Positions 27,511 through 36,665 are shown, counted from the stretch's first letter. The stretch is 64,000 bases of DNA from Caldisericota bacterium (GCA_024655865.1 JANLFM010000004.1:19040-83039); one strand, 5' to 3'. The notes: a model not told the origin generated them from the letters alone. Made by a program: numbers and translations.

Positions 27511-29154
27511 TCAGTTCGACCTATTCGCTTTTCTGATGCGCTGAAGAACACCCATCAGCTTATCTCTTCCTCGTTTTAAATATCCCAGGTAGCGGTTCAC
27601 TTCCTCGATTTTCATGATCCAGGAAAGGAGGGCGTAGATGAGAACTCCCAATCCGCAGACTATGGCGAGTATGGTGAGTTTCACCCAGAAGTTTTGGGGG
27701 TGAAGCCAGGCCAGAGCTCCTTGCCAGAGGAAGTAAACCGCAGCCCCCATTAGCAAGGAGGCCGCAGTCATCTTAACAAGCTCCAGGAATGGTCCCTCAA
27801 GGATGCTCTGGCCCACTTTCTTCCTGAGGAGGACGAAAAGAAGAATGAAGTTCAAGAAGGCAGCGAGCGACGTGGCTAAGGCGATTCCTGATGCTCCCAT
27901 TACCCGGGAGAGCGCCAGGTTCAGGAGGATGTTTACCGCCACAACCAGAAACCCCAACTTCATGGGGGTCACGGTGTCGCGCAGACTAATGAAGGCGTTA
28001 CTCAAGAGAGCGTTCCCGCCGTGAGCGAAAAGACCCAGGGAATAAAAGGCTAAAGCTCCAGAAGTAAGCAGGGTGTCCTCGGCGGTAAAAGCCCCGTGCT
28101 GGTAAATAGCCGCAATTATCGGGCTGGAAAGAAAAATCAGGCCCGCTGTGCTGGGAAGAATAACGAACCAGAGGGCCTGAAGTCCCCGGGAGAGGGAACG
28201 TTTGAAATCCCCCATGGCGTTTTTGGCTACATGGAGGGAAAGGGTGGGGTAAATGGCCGTGGCCACGTTGGCGATGAACATTCCCTGGGGAATGCCCATG
28301 ATTTTGGAAGCGTAATTCAAGGCGGAAATTGAAGCCTCAGGAAGGCCGGAGGCGATTGCCCTATCCACAAGCAGGTTCAAAAGCCCCGCGGAACTGCCAA
28401 TAACGATAGGGATCACCATCTTAAAGACCAGGGAGAGGTTGGGATCGCGCCAGTTGAGGTTAATCTTCAAATAGGGCTTGCGGGCAAAAAGCCCTCCTCC
28501 CACGATCAGGAACTGGAAAATTACCGCCCCCAGGGAGCCGATGATTAGGCTGACAATTCCACTCTTAGAGGAGAGGAGAACCACTGCCAGAATCAGGAAG
28601 ACGTTATTCAAAAGGGCGGCGGCCGCCGGGAGGAGAAAATGCTGGTAGGCATTGAGCACCGCAGTGAATAGCCCCAGGAGCGTTCCTAAAAATATTGTGG
28701 GGATCATGTATTTTACCAGCCAGCTCGCTAACTCCTGCTCGCTGGGACCGAAGCCGGGAGCCATGATCCTGGTCACTGGTCCAGCAAAGAAATAGATTAA
28801 AAGGGAAATTAAAATTAAAAGCAGGGCCAAAAGGGAGAAAATCTTAGAAGTTAGCTCCCAGGCGGATTTTTCACCGCTCAATTCCTTCACGCGCACGAAG
28901 ACCGGGATGAAGGCGGAAATGATTGCTCCGGCGATGATCGTGCCGAAGACGTTGGGCAAAATCTGGGAGACAAAGAAAGCATCGGTAATCCTGGAGGCCC
29001 CGAAGAAGTCCGCAATCACGATCTCCCTCAAAAGCCCCAGGGGCTTTGAGATTATGGAGATAATCGTGAGAAGTAAAGCTGCCTGAGCCGCGGTTTGCTT
29101 CTTCAAAAATGACAGGATGTTTGCGCCTCTACTACCTGCCGCCTCGGTTTTCAA
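27511..29154 (-). CDS. murJ: Lipid II flippase MurJ/MviN
   Basis: LGLLREIVIADFFGA, DAFF and VDRAIAS motifs; MOP-type transmembrane pattern. Exact start uncertain. Confidence 0.88.
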   Translation of the reverse strand: MKTEAAGSRGANILSFLKKQTAAQAALLLTIISIISKPLGLLREIVIADFFGASRITDAFFVSQILPNVFGTIIAGAIISAFIPVFVRVKELSGEKSAWELTSKIFSLLALLLILISLLIYFFAGPVTRIMAPGFGPSEQELASWLVKYMIPTIFLGTLLGLFTAVLNAYQHFLLPAAAALLNNVFLILAVVLLSSKSGIVSLIIGSLGAVIFQFLIVGGGLFARKPYLKINLNWRDPNLSLVFKMVIPIVIGSSAGLLNLLVDRAIASGLPEASISALNYASKIMGIPQGMFIANVATAIYPTLSLHVAKNAMGDFKRSLSRGLQALWFVILPSTAGLIFLSSPIIAAIYQHGAFTAEDTLLTSGALAFYSLGLFAHGGNALLSNAFISLRDTVTPMKLGFLVVAVNILLNLALSRVMGASGIALATSLAAFLNFILLFVLLRKKVGQSILEGPFLELVKMTAASLLMGAAVYFLWQGALAWLHPQNFWVKLTILAIVCGLGVLIYALLSWIMKIEEVNRYLGYLKRGRDKLMGVLQRIRKANRSN

Positions 29155-29160
29155 AGAAAC

Positions 29161-30504
29161 TTATCCTCGCTTTAAAAGTTCTAAAAGCTGTGATGTTTTT
29201 TTCTTCAAGAGTTCCTCGTTCAGCGCTTCCACGTTCAACCGCACCAGGGGTTCAGTCTGGGAAGGTCGAAGGTTGAAGCGCCACTCTGGATATTCTACTG
29301 AGACCCCATCCAGAAAGGATGCCTCCCCATCGGAAAATGCCTCCCGGACTTTTAAAAGGAGTTTTCCTGGATCCTCCACCCGGATGTTGATCTCTCCCGA
29401 GATGAAATATTTTGATTTTAAGGGTTGAACGAGCTGGGACATCTTCATTCCCCGGACGCTCAAAAGCTCCAGAATTAAAAGGGCGGGGATCATGCCGTTA
29501 TCCGCATAAAAGTTATCCCGGAAATAATAGTGCCCGGAGGCTTCTCCTCCAAAAATGGCGTTCTCCTGGCGCATTCTAGCTTTAATGAAGGAATGCCCTG
29601 CCCTATTTAAGAGGGGGATTCCCTTATTTTTCCTCGCTGTCTCCAGGTTTGCCCAGACCAGGCGATTGTCGAAAATCACCTTTTCTCCCGGATGCTTTCT
29701 CAAAATAGCTTCGATCAGCAAAGCTGTAACGTAATAGCCCTCCACAAATTCCCCTTGATCATCGATGAAGAAGCAGCGATCAGCGTCCCCGTCCCAGGCA
29801 ATACCTAAATCGGCCTTCTTTTCAAGCACCGCCTTAACGATCTCTTCCCGGTTTTCTGGAAGCAGGGGGTTGGGCTCGTGCGCGGGGAAGCGCCCATCGG
29901 GGGTAAAGTTCAAGGGGATGATCTCAATCTGGGGAAGGGAGGAAAAAATGTGTCGGGCCAAAACTCCCGCCACCCCACTTCCTGCGTCCATAACCACCTT
30001 CATAGGCCGGACGAGATCGGGTCCAATAAAGGAGAGCACGTGACTGGCATAATCCTGGTAAATGTCCCTTCTTTTTAATTCCGGGGGAGGATAAGGCTGA
30101 AATTCGATCTGGTCGTACAGGGAGCTGAGCTCAGGCAATCCGGAATCCCCGCTCAGGGGGATCACGTTCTCCTTGAGCAGCTTAAATCCGTTGTACTCTG
30201 CGGGATTATGGGAGGCGGTGACCATGCAGGCTCCCTGGTATCCGTAATAACCCAGGGCGAAATAGACCATATCGGTGGAGACCATCCCGGCGTGCGTAAC
30301 CTGGCAATTTTCCTTTAGGGCTCCAGCGGAGAAGGCCTCACTTAAAGAAGGGGAGGAGAGCCGGGCGTCGTGGCCGATGACCAGCTCCTTGAGGCCCAGC
30401 AGGCGAGCGAAGGCCCGGCCGATCCGGTAGGCTTTTTTCTCATCCAGCTCCTGAGGATAAACCCCCCTGATGTCATAGGCCTTGAAGATCCCCTCCATTT
30501 TCAC
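29161..30504 (-). CDS. Phosphomannomutase/phosphoglucomutase
   Basis: FKAYDIRG, TASHNP, DGDADR and GEASGH motifs. Confidence 0.92.
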   Translation of the reverse strand: MKMEGIFKAYDIRGVYPQELDEKKAYRIGRAFARLLGLKELVIGHDARLSSPSLSEAFSAGALKENCQVTHAGMVSTDMVYFALGYYGYQGACMVTASHNPAEYNGFKLLKENVIPLSGDSGLPELSSLYDQIEFQPYPPPELKRRDIYQDYASHVLSFIGPDLVRPMKVVMDAGSGVAGVLARHIFSSLPQIEIIPLNFTPDGRFPAHEPNPLLPENREEIVKAVLEKKADLGIAWDGDADRCFFIDDQGEFVEGYYVTALLIEAILRKHPGEKVIFDNRLVWANLETARKNKGIPLLNRAGHSFIKARMRQENAIFGGEASGHYYFRDNFYADNGMIPALLILELLSVRGMKMSQLVQPLKSKYFISGEINIRVEDPGKLLLKVREAFSDGEASFLDGVSVEYPEWRFNLRPSQTEPLVRLNVEALNEELLKKKTSQLLELLKRG

Positions 30505-31805
30505 AGCCTCCAGATATTCCCCTCGAGGCCGCGGAAAGCGTTCCTGGTATCCACGATCAGCTTGCTCTCCCTGGCGATTTCAGGATAGGGAAAGGCCCTG
30601 TGGGCAGTAAGGAGAAGGACACAGTCCGCATTTTTCCAGGGTTTCTCAGAAAGGGAAAGTGAGCTCATAGTTTGATCCTCTATCTCTAATGAAGGGACCA
30701 GGGGGTCACAGTATTTCACCTGTGCTTCCCGCTCCTTAAGCAAGGGGATAATCTTCAGGGCCGGGGATTCCCGCAAATCGCTGATATCCTGTTTGTAGGA
30801 GACCCCTAACACCAGGATCCTGCTCCCTTTAAGGGGCTTCCCTTCCTTATTCAAGGCTTCGGCCACCAGATCCACCACAAAGTAGGGCATAGAATCGTTG
30901 ATCTCCCCCGCGAGCTCCACGAACCTTAAATTAAAATCGTAGGCTCGGGCTTTCCAGGAAAGGTAGAAGGGGTCAATGGGGATACAATGTCCCCCCATTC
31001 CCGGGCCGGGGTAGAAAGGGGTGAAGCCGTAGGGCTTGGTGGAGGCTGCTTCGATCACTTCCCAGATGTTGACCTTCATCCTCCTTGAGAGCTGGGCCAG
31101 CTCGTTTACCAGAGAGATATTTACCACGCGGTAGGTGTTCTCCAAAAGTTTTGTCATCTCTGCCACTCGGGGAGAGGAAACGGGAACCACGCGCTCCACG
31201 ATGGTGCTCAAAAGATAGGCCGTAAGCTCGGTACAGGCAGGGGTTACCCCGCCCACCACCTTGGGCGTATTGCGTATGCCGTAGGCTTTATTCCCGGGAT
31301 CGACCCTCTCCGGAGAAAAAGCCAGGTAAAAATGCATCCCAACTTTCCTTCCTCCTTTTTGAAGGAGTGGTAAAAGAATCTCCTCTGTCGTCCCGGGATA
31401 TGTGGTTGAGACCAGAACCACAAGCTCCCCTAATTTCAGGTATCGGGCGACCGATTTGCCCGCGGCGATAACAAAGGAGAGGTCGGGTTCCCTATTTTGG
31501 GTAAGCGGGGTGGGGACACAGACGAAAACAGCATCGGCACCGGCAAGGGCTTCACTTTCCCTGGTCGTGGCGGTAAATTCCTTCTTTAGCGCGTGCTCTA
31601 CCTCCAGGGAAGGGATGTCGTCCACATAGCTTTTCCCTTCATTAAGAACCTTCACTTTCTTAAGATCTTTGTCCAGCCCGGAAACAGGGAAGCCCTCCTC
31701 GGCAAAGGCCAGGGCCAGGGGCAATCCCACGTATCCCAGACCGATCACCGCTATCCTGTACTCCCTTTTTTCAATTCTCCTTTTCAGCTCCGAGACGTTG
31801 TCCAT
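30501..31805 (-). CDS. Nucleotide-sugar (UDP-GlcNAc-type) dehydrogenase
   Basis: GLGYVG, PERVDPGN, KLLEN and GGHCIP motifs. Confidence 0.9.
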   Translation of the reverse strand: MDNVSELKRRIEKREYRIAVIGLGYVGLPLALAFAEEGFPVSGLDKDLKKVKVLNEGKSYVDDIPSLEVEHALKKEFTATTRESEALAGADAVFVCVPTPLTQNREPDLSFVIAAGKSVARYLKLGELVVLVSTTYPGTTEEILLPLLQKGGRKVGMHFYLAFSPERVDPGNKAYGIRNTPKVVGGVTPACTELTAYLLSTIVERVVPVSSPRVAEMTKLLENTYRVVNISLVNELAQLSRRMKVNIWEVIEAASTKPYGFTPFYPGPGMGGHCIPIDPFYLSWKARAYDFNLRFVELAGEINDSMPYFVVDLVAEALNKEGKPLKGSRILVLGVSYKQDISDLRESPALKIIPLLKEREAQVKYCDPLVPSLEIEDQTMSSLSLSEKPWKNADCVLLLTAHRAFPYPEIARESKLIVDTRNAFRGLEGNIWRL

Positions 31806-31815
31806 TTTTTTCCTT

Positions 31816-32226
31816 TCACACATCAAAAATTACTCGTATTTTCCAGAACCGCCCTTCCTTAAAGATTTTAAGGTTGTAATAAGTAGCGGCCTTAATAGGA
31901 ATTCCAGGTGTATGTCTCTTTAAGGAAAAACGCTCCCCTAAAAGCTCCGCCTTGAGGCTCCTCTTCCCCAACTTCGAGATCCGGATCTCTCCTACAGCGA
32001 AGCGTTGAGCATCAAAGAGGAAGATAATCTCGTTGAGGAAATTCACAAACAGGGACTCCCGATCCGGTTCTTTGAGCTCCACAATTCTTTTAGAGAGGCG
32101 CCGCACCTTACCCCGCACCAGGAGCGAGGACACAGCTAAAGCTGAGGTTTGAAAGGCCTCCTTTAGCGTTCGGGCAGTAATTAAAAGCCCCATGTCCGCA
32201 GTATGGGGAATAATTTCTACTTTCAT
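31816..32226 (-). CDS. Archease
   Basis: HTAD N-terminus, IKAATY motif and C-terminal FDV. Confidence 0.85.
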   Translation of the reverse strand: MKVEIIPHTADMGLLITARTLKEAFQTSALAVSSLLVRGKVRRLSKRIVELKEPDRESLFVNFLNEIIFLFDAQRFAVGEIRISKLGKRSLKAELLGERFSLKRHTPGIPIKAATYYNLKIFKEGRFWKIRVIFDV

Positions 32227-32310
32227 AATTCCAATTTTAGCAAATGGCATTAAAAAATACTCTGGGGCTCATGTGGTAAAATATAGCTGGCGGAAGGAGG
32301 AAAAATCCGG

Positions 32311-32946
32311 TTGAACAACGTGATTCAAGAAATGGAAAGTGCGCTTATGCGCATTAAATCTGTTTTGGGGGCCAAAATTGTCACGGACCAAAAAGGGGAG
32401 ATCGTGGAAGTTCACGTCCTGGCAACAGACCAGAGAAACCCAAAACAGGTGGTCAGGGATGTCGAGTCCACCCTGCTCGTGAAATTCGGAAGAAAAGTGG
32501 ATCACAAAAAAATCGGGGTTGTCCAGCAGAGCGAGAGGGAAGCGGAACATCCTCTGGAAGGAAGGCTGAAGTTTGTGGGGATTAGCACCATGCCCGGGGA
32601 GCAGAACTTCTTCGAAGTCATCCTTAGGGACCCCTCGGGAGTAGAGCATCCCGGACAGGCCTTCATCCGCGACCCCTTGCAGAGACTCCAGGCTATCGGG
32701 CAGGCCGCGATCACCGCCGTAAACCACTTCCTGAATCAGGAAAGGCTGCACCTCCAGGAGGTTTATGTGCTCAAGACCGTGGAACTGCCCTTCGTTGTTT
32801 CCTCGGTTCTTTACCGTGGAAAAAAGGGGAACCTGGTATTGGCCGGCGCGGCACCTGTCCGAGGAAGCGAGGAGGAAGCAGCAGTGAAGAGCGTTCTGAG
32901 CGCTATTAACCGCTTGCTCCCCAAGATCGTGGAGGGAGAAGTTTAA
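32311..32946 (+). CDS. Conserved hypothetical protein (paralog of 55636-56277)
   Basis: GGAGG Shine-Dalgarno and TTG start; EVHVLA...KQVVRDVES motif and C-terminal AAVKSVLSAINR. Confidence 0.75.
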   Translation: MNNVIQEMESALMRIKSVLGAKIVTDQKGEIVEVHVLATDQRNPKQVVRDVESTLLVKFGRKVDHKKIGVVQQSEREAEHPLEGRLKFVGISTMPGEQNFFEVILRDPSGVEHPGQAFIRDPLQRLQAIGQAAITAVNHFLNQERLHLQEVYVLKTVELPFVVSSVLYRGKKGNLVLAGAAPVRGSEEEAAVKSVLSAINRLLPKIVEGEV

Positions 32947-32960
32947 AATTTTTCGAAAAA

Positions 32961-32989
32961 TTTACCCCTTGACCTGAATCCTCTATAAT
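32961..32989 (+). promoter_or_regulatory. Sigma70-type promoter of the peptide/HD-GYP unit
   Basis: TTTACC-17 bp-TATAAT. Confidence 0.55.
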
Positions 32990-33079
32990 CTTTTTTCGGA
33001 CGGCGCATTCTGAAGCGGGAAACTCCCTTGAGCGGAGCGCTTGTTTGGAGAACAAATGAGTGCGAAAGGGGGTATCCCC

Positions 33080-33175
33080 ATGAGACGCTGGTTAACGAGA
33101 GCTCTGTGGTTTGTAGCCACCATCGCTTCCTTGATCCTGGCATCCGGAGCGGACGTAAAGTGGGGCGGCAGGTAG
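33080..33175 (+). CDS. Small signal-peptide-like ORF, 31 aa: MRRWLTRALWFVATIASLILASGADVKWGGR
   Basis: AAAGGGGGT Shine-Dalgarno, ATG at 33080 and TAG at 33173. Basic N-region, hydrophobic core and ASGA cleavage-like site. Below the ORF-track size cutoff. Confidence 0.75.
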   Translation: MRRWLTRALWFVATIASLILASGADVKWGGR

Positions 33176-33211
33176 CGAACGCCTGAGGGGAGTGCGCCGT
33201 CTAATAAAAGG

Positions 33212-34453
33212 ATGAAAAAAGAATTTCCAAAAGGCCTAAAGGTCTATCTGGCGCTGATCATCACAGGGGGTTCTGCTGCCCTCTATCTTACTTTCCCTTA
33301 CTGGCACGCAACTCTTATCTGGGATTATCTAATCTTTGCCCTCATCAGCTATTTTGCCTATATTCTTCTCGTCAAACTTCCAAAGCTCAACGCATACCTT
33401 TCCGTGGCCTCCCACATGAACTTCGCAGCACTTTTCCTCTTCGGTCCCTTCGCCATCTGGATCCCTGCTCTAACCGGGGCTCTCCCGGATAGCCTCCCCT
33501 TAAAGAAACCCTACATTTACCTCTTCAACGGAGCTCAGTTCGCCCTCTCCTACGGCCTGGCGGCCCTGACTTATTACGGCGCCGGAGGAACTGCCCTCTC
33601 TTTATCTTTTGCGGTTCCCATAAAAACCATCCTCCCCGCTCTCCTGAGCGGATTAGTTTATTCCTTAGTCAATGTCGGCCTGACTGCAGGAGCGATCTCC
33701 TTTGACCAGGGGCCTTTTGTTAAGGTTTTCTGGAACGTCATCAAGTGGGAATTCCCCAACATGCTGATCGCCGTCCCCTTCGCCCTCTTTCTGGCCTACA
33801 TCTTCACCCAGTTAGGCTATCTGGGACTGGCGATCCTCTTTTTCCCCCTGCTCGCCTCCCGCTATATCTTCCAGGCCTACATTCGTATTCAGGAAACCTA
33901 TTCCGAGACCGTCCGTGCCCTGATGGCCACGGTGGACAAAAAGTTCGGGCAGCCCGGCCGCAACCAGAAGGTCTACCAGTACGCGCTCCAGGTTAGCCAG
34001 AGTCTGGGTCTTTCCCCGGAGGAAGCTGAAATTTTAGGATATGCCAGCTACTTACGCCACATTGGATTAATAGGGATTGAAAACAGCATGCTGGAGTTCA
34101 CCCTTTCCCAGCCCATCTGGTCTTCGAGCCCCATAGTCGTTAATGCCTTACTTGCTGGCTCTCAGATCTTGGAGCGGACCGAGACTTTGAAAAGGGCCGC
34201 CCCCTTCATCCGGCTACACCATGAAAAATGGGATGGAACTGGCCCCTGGGGTTTGAAGGAGGAGCAAATTCCTCTCGGGGCGCGCATTATCTCCGCCTGT
34301 GAATTCCTGGAGGAATTAGAATACCGTGGAAGTAAAAGGGAGGAAATTTTGAAACACTTGAGGGAAAGGAGCGGAAAGCATTATGATCCCCGCGTGGTGC
34401 AGGCTCTTATTTCCCTTCTGGAAAAGGAGAGAGATGAACAGAAAACTTCTTAA
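33212..34453 (+). CDS. Membrane-anchored HD-GYP-like protein, catalytically degenerate
   Basis: Multi-TM N-terminus, HHEKWDG and IPLGARII, but LRHIG replaces LHD(I/M)G and GPW replaces GYP. Confidence 0.8.
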   Translation: MKKEFPKGLKVYLALIITGGSAALYLTFPYWHATLIWDYLIFALISYFAYILLVKLPKLNAYLSVASHMNFAALFLFGPFAIWIPALTGALPDSLPLKKPYIYLFNGAQFALSYGLAALTYYGAGGTALSLSFAVPIKTILPALLSGLVYSLVNVGLTAGAISFDQGPFVKVFWNVIKWEFPNMLIAVPFALFLAYIFTQLGYLGLAILFFPLLASRYIFQAYIRIQETYSETVRALMATVDKKFGQPGRNQKVYQYALQVSQSLGLSPEEAEILGYASYLRHIGLIGIENSMLEFTLSQPIWSSSPIVVNALLAGSQILERTETLKRAAPFIRLHHEKWDGTGPWGLKEEQIPLGARIISACEFLEELEYRGSKREEILKHLRERSGKHYDPRVVQALISLLEKERDEQKTS

Positions 34454-35705
34454 TTACCTTTTAATTCTCTCCCCGGCACTTTTAATCTCCGGGTGGTACG
34501 CATTTTCTCTTGACCCGGGCTCTTTTTTGGGGGTCGTGCCCTTAGCGGTTTTGGCTTTCCTTTTGCGTTCTCTGGAAGTCTCCTATTTTGGGGAAGTGAT
34601 TTCCCCCGCAAGCGCCGTCACCCTAACTTCCCTTTTTCTTTTCCCCGCTCCCCAGGCCCTTGTGGTTCTCTTTGCCTCTCTTCTTGGAGGCCTTGCTTTT
34701 CTCCGCTTTTCTCACATCCAAGAGGACGGTTTCCTGAAATCCATAGCCTCCGAACTGGGCGGTTTCCTTGGGGCTTTGCTCCTCTATCGCCTATATTTCT
34801 CATCCCAGTTAATTGGCATCTCGTTAAGCACGTATTCGCCATCTCTTCTCTTGGCCCTGGGGGCCGTCTTTGGGGGATATGCTCTTACCTCCAGTATCCT
34901 TTCTCTCATTAGCTCATTTGTCCTCCGCACCAACTTAAGGGATACCCTGAGAGTGCAGCTTTCTCCTTTCTATTTCGGCCTCTATTTCGTTCTGGGAGTG
35001 AGCCTGCTCCTCCTCGTCCCCACATATTCCGCCTTTGGCGTTTTGGGTTTCCTTTTGGGCTTGATTCCCCTGTGCGTATTTTTCTTCGCCTCCAAGCTCT
35101 ACTTTCACACTCAGGAGGTTTACCGTCAGTCCCTGCGCTCGCTGGTGGGAGTGATCGAAGCTATGGACCCCTACACGCACGGCCATTCCGACCGGGTGGC
35201 CCTCATCTCCCTGGAAATTGGGAAGAGGATGCCTTTATCCCAGTCAAGGTTGCAGCTTTTGGAATACGCCGCCTACTTGCACGACATGGGCAAGGTCTCC
35301 ATCGATCCCGCCATCCTGCGCAAACCGGAGGCCCTTTCCGAGGAGGAGTGGAAAATAATCAGATCCCACCCTGAGGATGGGGTAGAGATCCTGCGAAACG
35401 TGAAATTCCTCAAGCCCATCCTGCCCTGGATCGAGCATCATCATGAGAAGGCCAACGGTACCGGTTACCCCTCGGCTCTCCCCTTAAAGAAAATTCCCCT
35501 GGAAGCCCGAATTATCACCCTGGCCGATGCCTTTGACGCCATGATCTCCAATCGCCCTTATCGCCCTGCCCTGACGGTGGAGGAGGCGAAAAGGGAGATC
35601 GAGAGGAACACGGGTTCCCAGTTCGACCCCATCCTGGTGAAAAAGTTCCAGCGCCTCATAAAGAAAAAGGACTTTGTTCGGACGCTGGGCTTCCCCAAGC
35701 GGTGA
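34434..35705 (+). CDS. Membrane-anchored HD-GYP cyclic-dinucleotide phosphodiesterase
   Basis: Multi-TM N-terminus; DPYTHGHS, LHDMGK, HHE, GYP and ADAFDAM..RPY motifs. AAGGAG Shine-Dalgarno before the ATG at 34434. Confidence 0.9.
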   Translation: MNRKLLNYLLILSPALLISGWYAFSLDPGSFLGVVPLAVLAFLLRSLEVSYFGEVISPASAVTLTSLFLFPAPQALVVLFASLLGGLAFLRFSHIQEDGFLKSIASELGGFLGALLLYRLYFSSQLIGISLSTYSPSLLLALGAVFGGYALTSSILSLISSFVLRTNLRDTLRVQLSPFYFGLYFVLGVSLLLLVPTYSAFGVLGFLLGLIPLCVFFFASKLYFHTQEVYRQSLRSLVGVIEAMDPYTHGHSDRVALISLEIGKRMPLSQSRLQLLEYAAYLHDMGKVSIDPAILRKPEALSEEEWKIIRSHPEDGVEILRNVKFLKPILPWIEHHHEKANGTGYPSALPLKKIPLEARIITLADAFDAMISNRPYRPALTVEEAKREIERNTGSQFDPILVKKFQRLIKKKDFVRTLGFPKR

Positions 35706-35719
35706 CAACATTCTGGGGC

Positions 35720-35898
35720 TTGCAAAATTGAGCTAAAGGATTAAAATACGAAAAATTTACCCTTATGGAGGTGAAAATAACTTGGGCCAGAAGAAAAAAT
35801 GCGGCCGCCTTCAGGGGGGTAATATTTCCTTACGAGCCTCTCGAGGCTCTTTTTTTATGCCCTCGGGCTTCAGGGTGAACCCCGGAGGTGAGCTTTGA
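35720..35898 (+). promoter_or_regulatory. pyr operon promoter and attenuator leader with a putative leader ORF
   Basis: TTGCAA-16-TAAAAT promoter; GGAGGTG plus TTG ORF at 35782-35898; internal terminator. Confidence 0.55.
35834..35856 (+). terminator. Intrinsic terminator (attenuator) in the pyr leader
   Basis: GAGCCT-CTCG-AGGCTC followed by T7. Confidence 0.75.
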
Positions 35899-36665
35899 AC
35901 TCCGTAATTCAGGCGCGGATCGTAAAAAAAGATAACCTCTCTGGGGAGATTTTCCATATGGTTTTGGAAACCGAGATTCCCCTTCAGAGTTTGCCCGGCC
36001 AATTCCTCAGGCTTTCTCTGCCCGGAATCCTCGATCCCTTCATTCCACGCCCCTTTCTCATTTTCAGGGAGCACGGTCCTGTTGTAGAAATAGTCTTTAA
36101 CATGCGCGGAAAGTTCACCCGGATGCTTTCTCAAATGGAACCCGGGCAACCTCTGGAATTACATGGCCCTCTGGGAAAGCCATTTTTCCTTCCAGATGCC
36201 GAAAGCTATCTTTTAGTGGGAGGAGGGACAGGAGCAGTTTTCTTCTCCCGCTACCTCCAGGACCTTCAGGAAAAACGGCACCTTTTCCTCCTCGGTTCTC
36301 GGAACAGTTCCACTAACTGGTTCTCCCTTTTCTATCCAGCCGAGAACGTCCTCCTTGTAACTGAGGACGCCTCCGCCGGTTTAAAGGGGACAATTCTGGA
36401 CTACCTTCCGAAAACAGTGAGGGATTTTAAACCTGCTCTTATTCTGGCAAGCGGCCCCCTTTCCCTGCTTAAGGGAATCGCCTCTCTCCTTGAGGACGAC
36501 CATACTCCTCTGTGGATAGTTTTAGAGGAGATGATGGGGTGCGGAGTAGGAATTTGCTTGAGCTGCGCCATTACTTTACGCGGGGAAGAGGGCCTGCGTA
36601 AGGCTTGCCTCTGCCGCGAAGGCCTGGTCTGGAAGGCAAAGGAGGTGATCCTTCCTGAACCTTGA
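35895..36665 (+). CDS. pyrK: Dihydroorotate dehydrogenase electron transfer subunit
   Basis: PGQF, RPF, GPLG, GGGTG and CGVGICLSC motifs. Confidence 0.85.
   Translation: MNSVIQARIVKKDNLSGEIFHMVLETEIPLQSLPGQFLRLSLPGILDPFIPRPFLIFREHGPVVEIVFNMRGKFTRMLSQMEPGQPLELHGPLGKPFFLPDAESYLLVGGGTGAVFFSRYLQDLQEKRHLFLLGSRNSSTNWFSLFYPAENVLLVTEDASAGLKGTILDYLPKTVRDFKPALILASGPLSLLKGIASLLEDDHTPLWIVLEEMMGCGVGICLSCAITLRGEEGLRKACLCREGLVWKAKEVILPEP

Noticed and set aside
32999-33079. c-di-GMP riboswitch upstream of the HD-GYP genes
   Set aside because: I could not see the class I or class II consensus motifs. An Infernal scan would be needed to exclude it formally.
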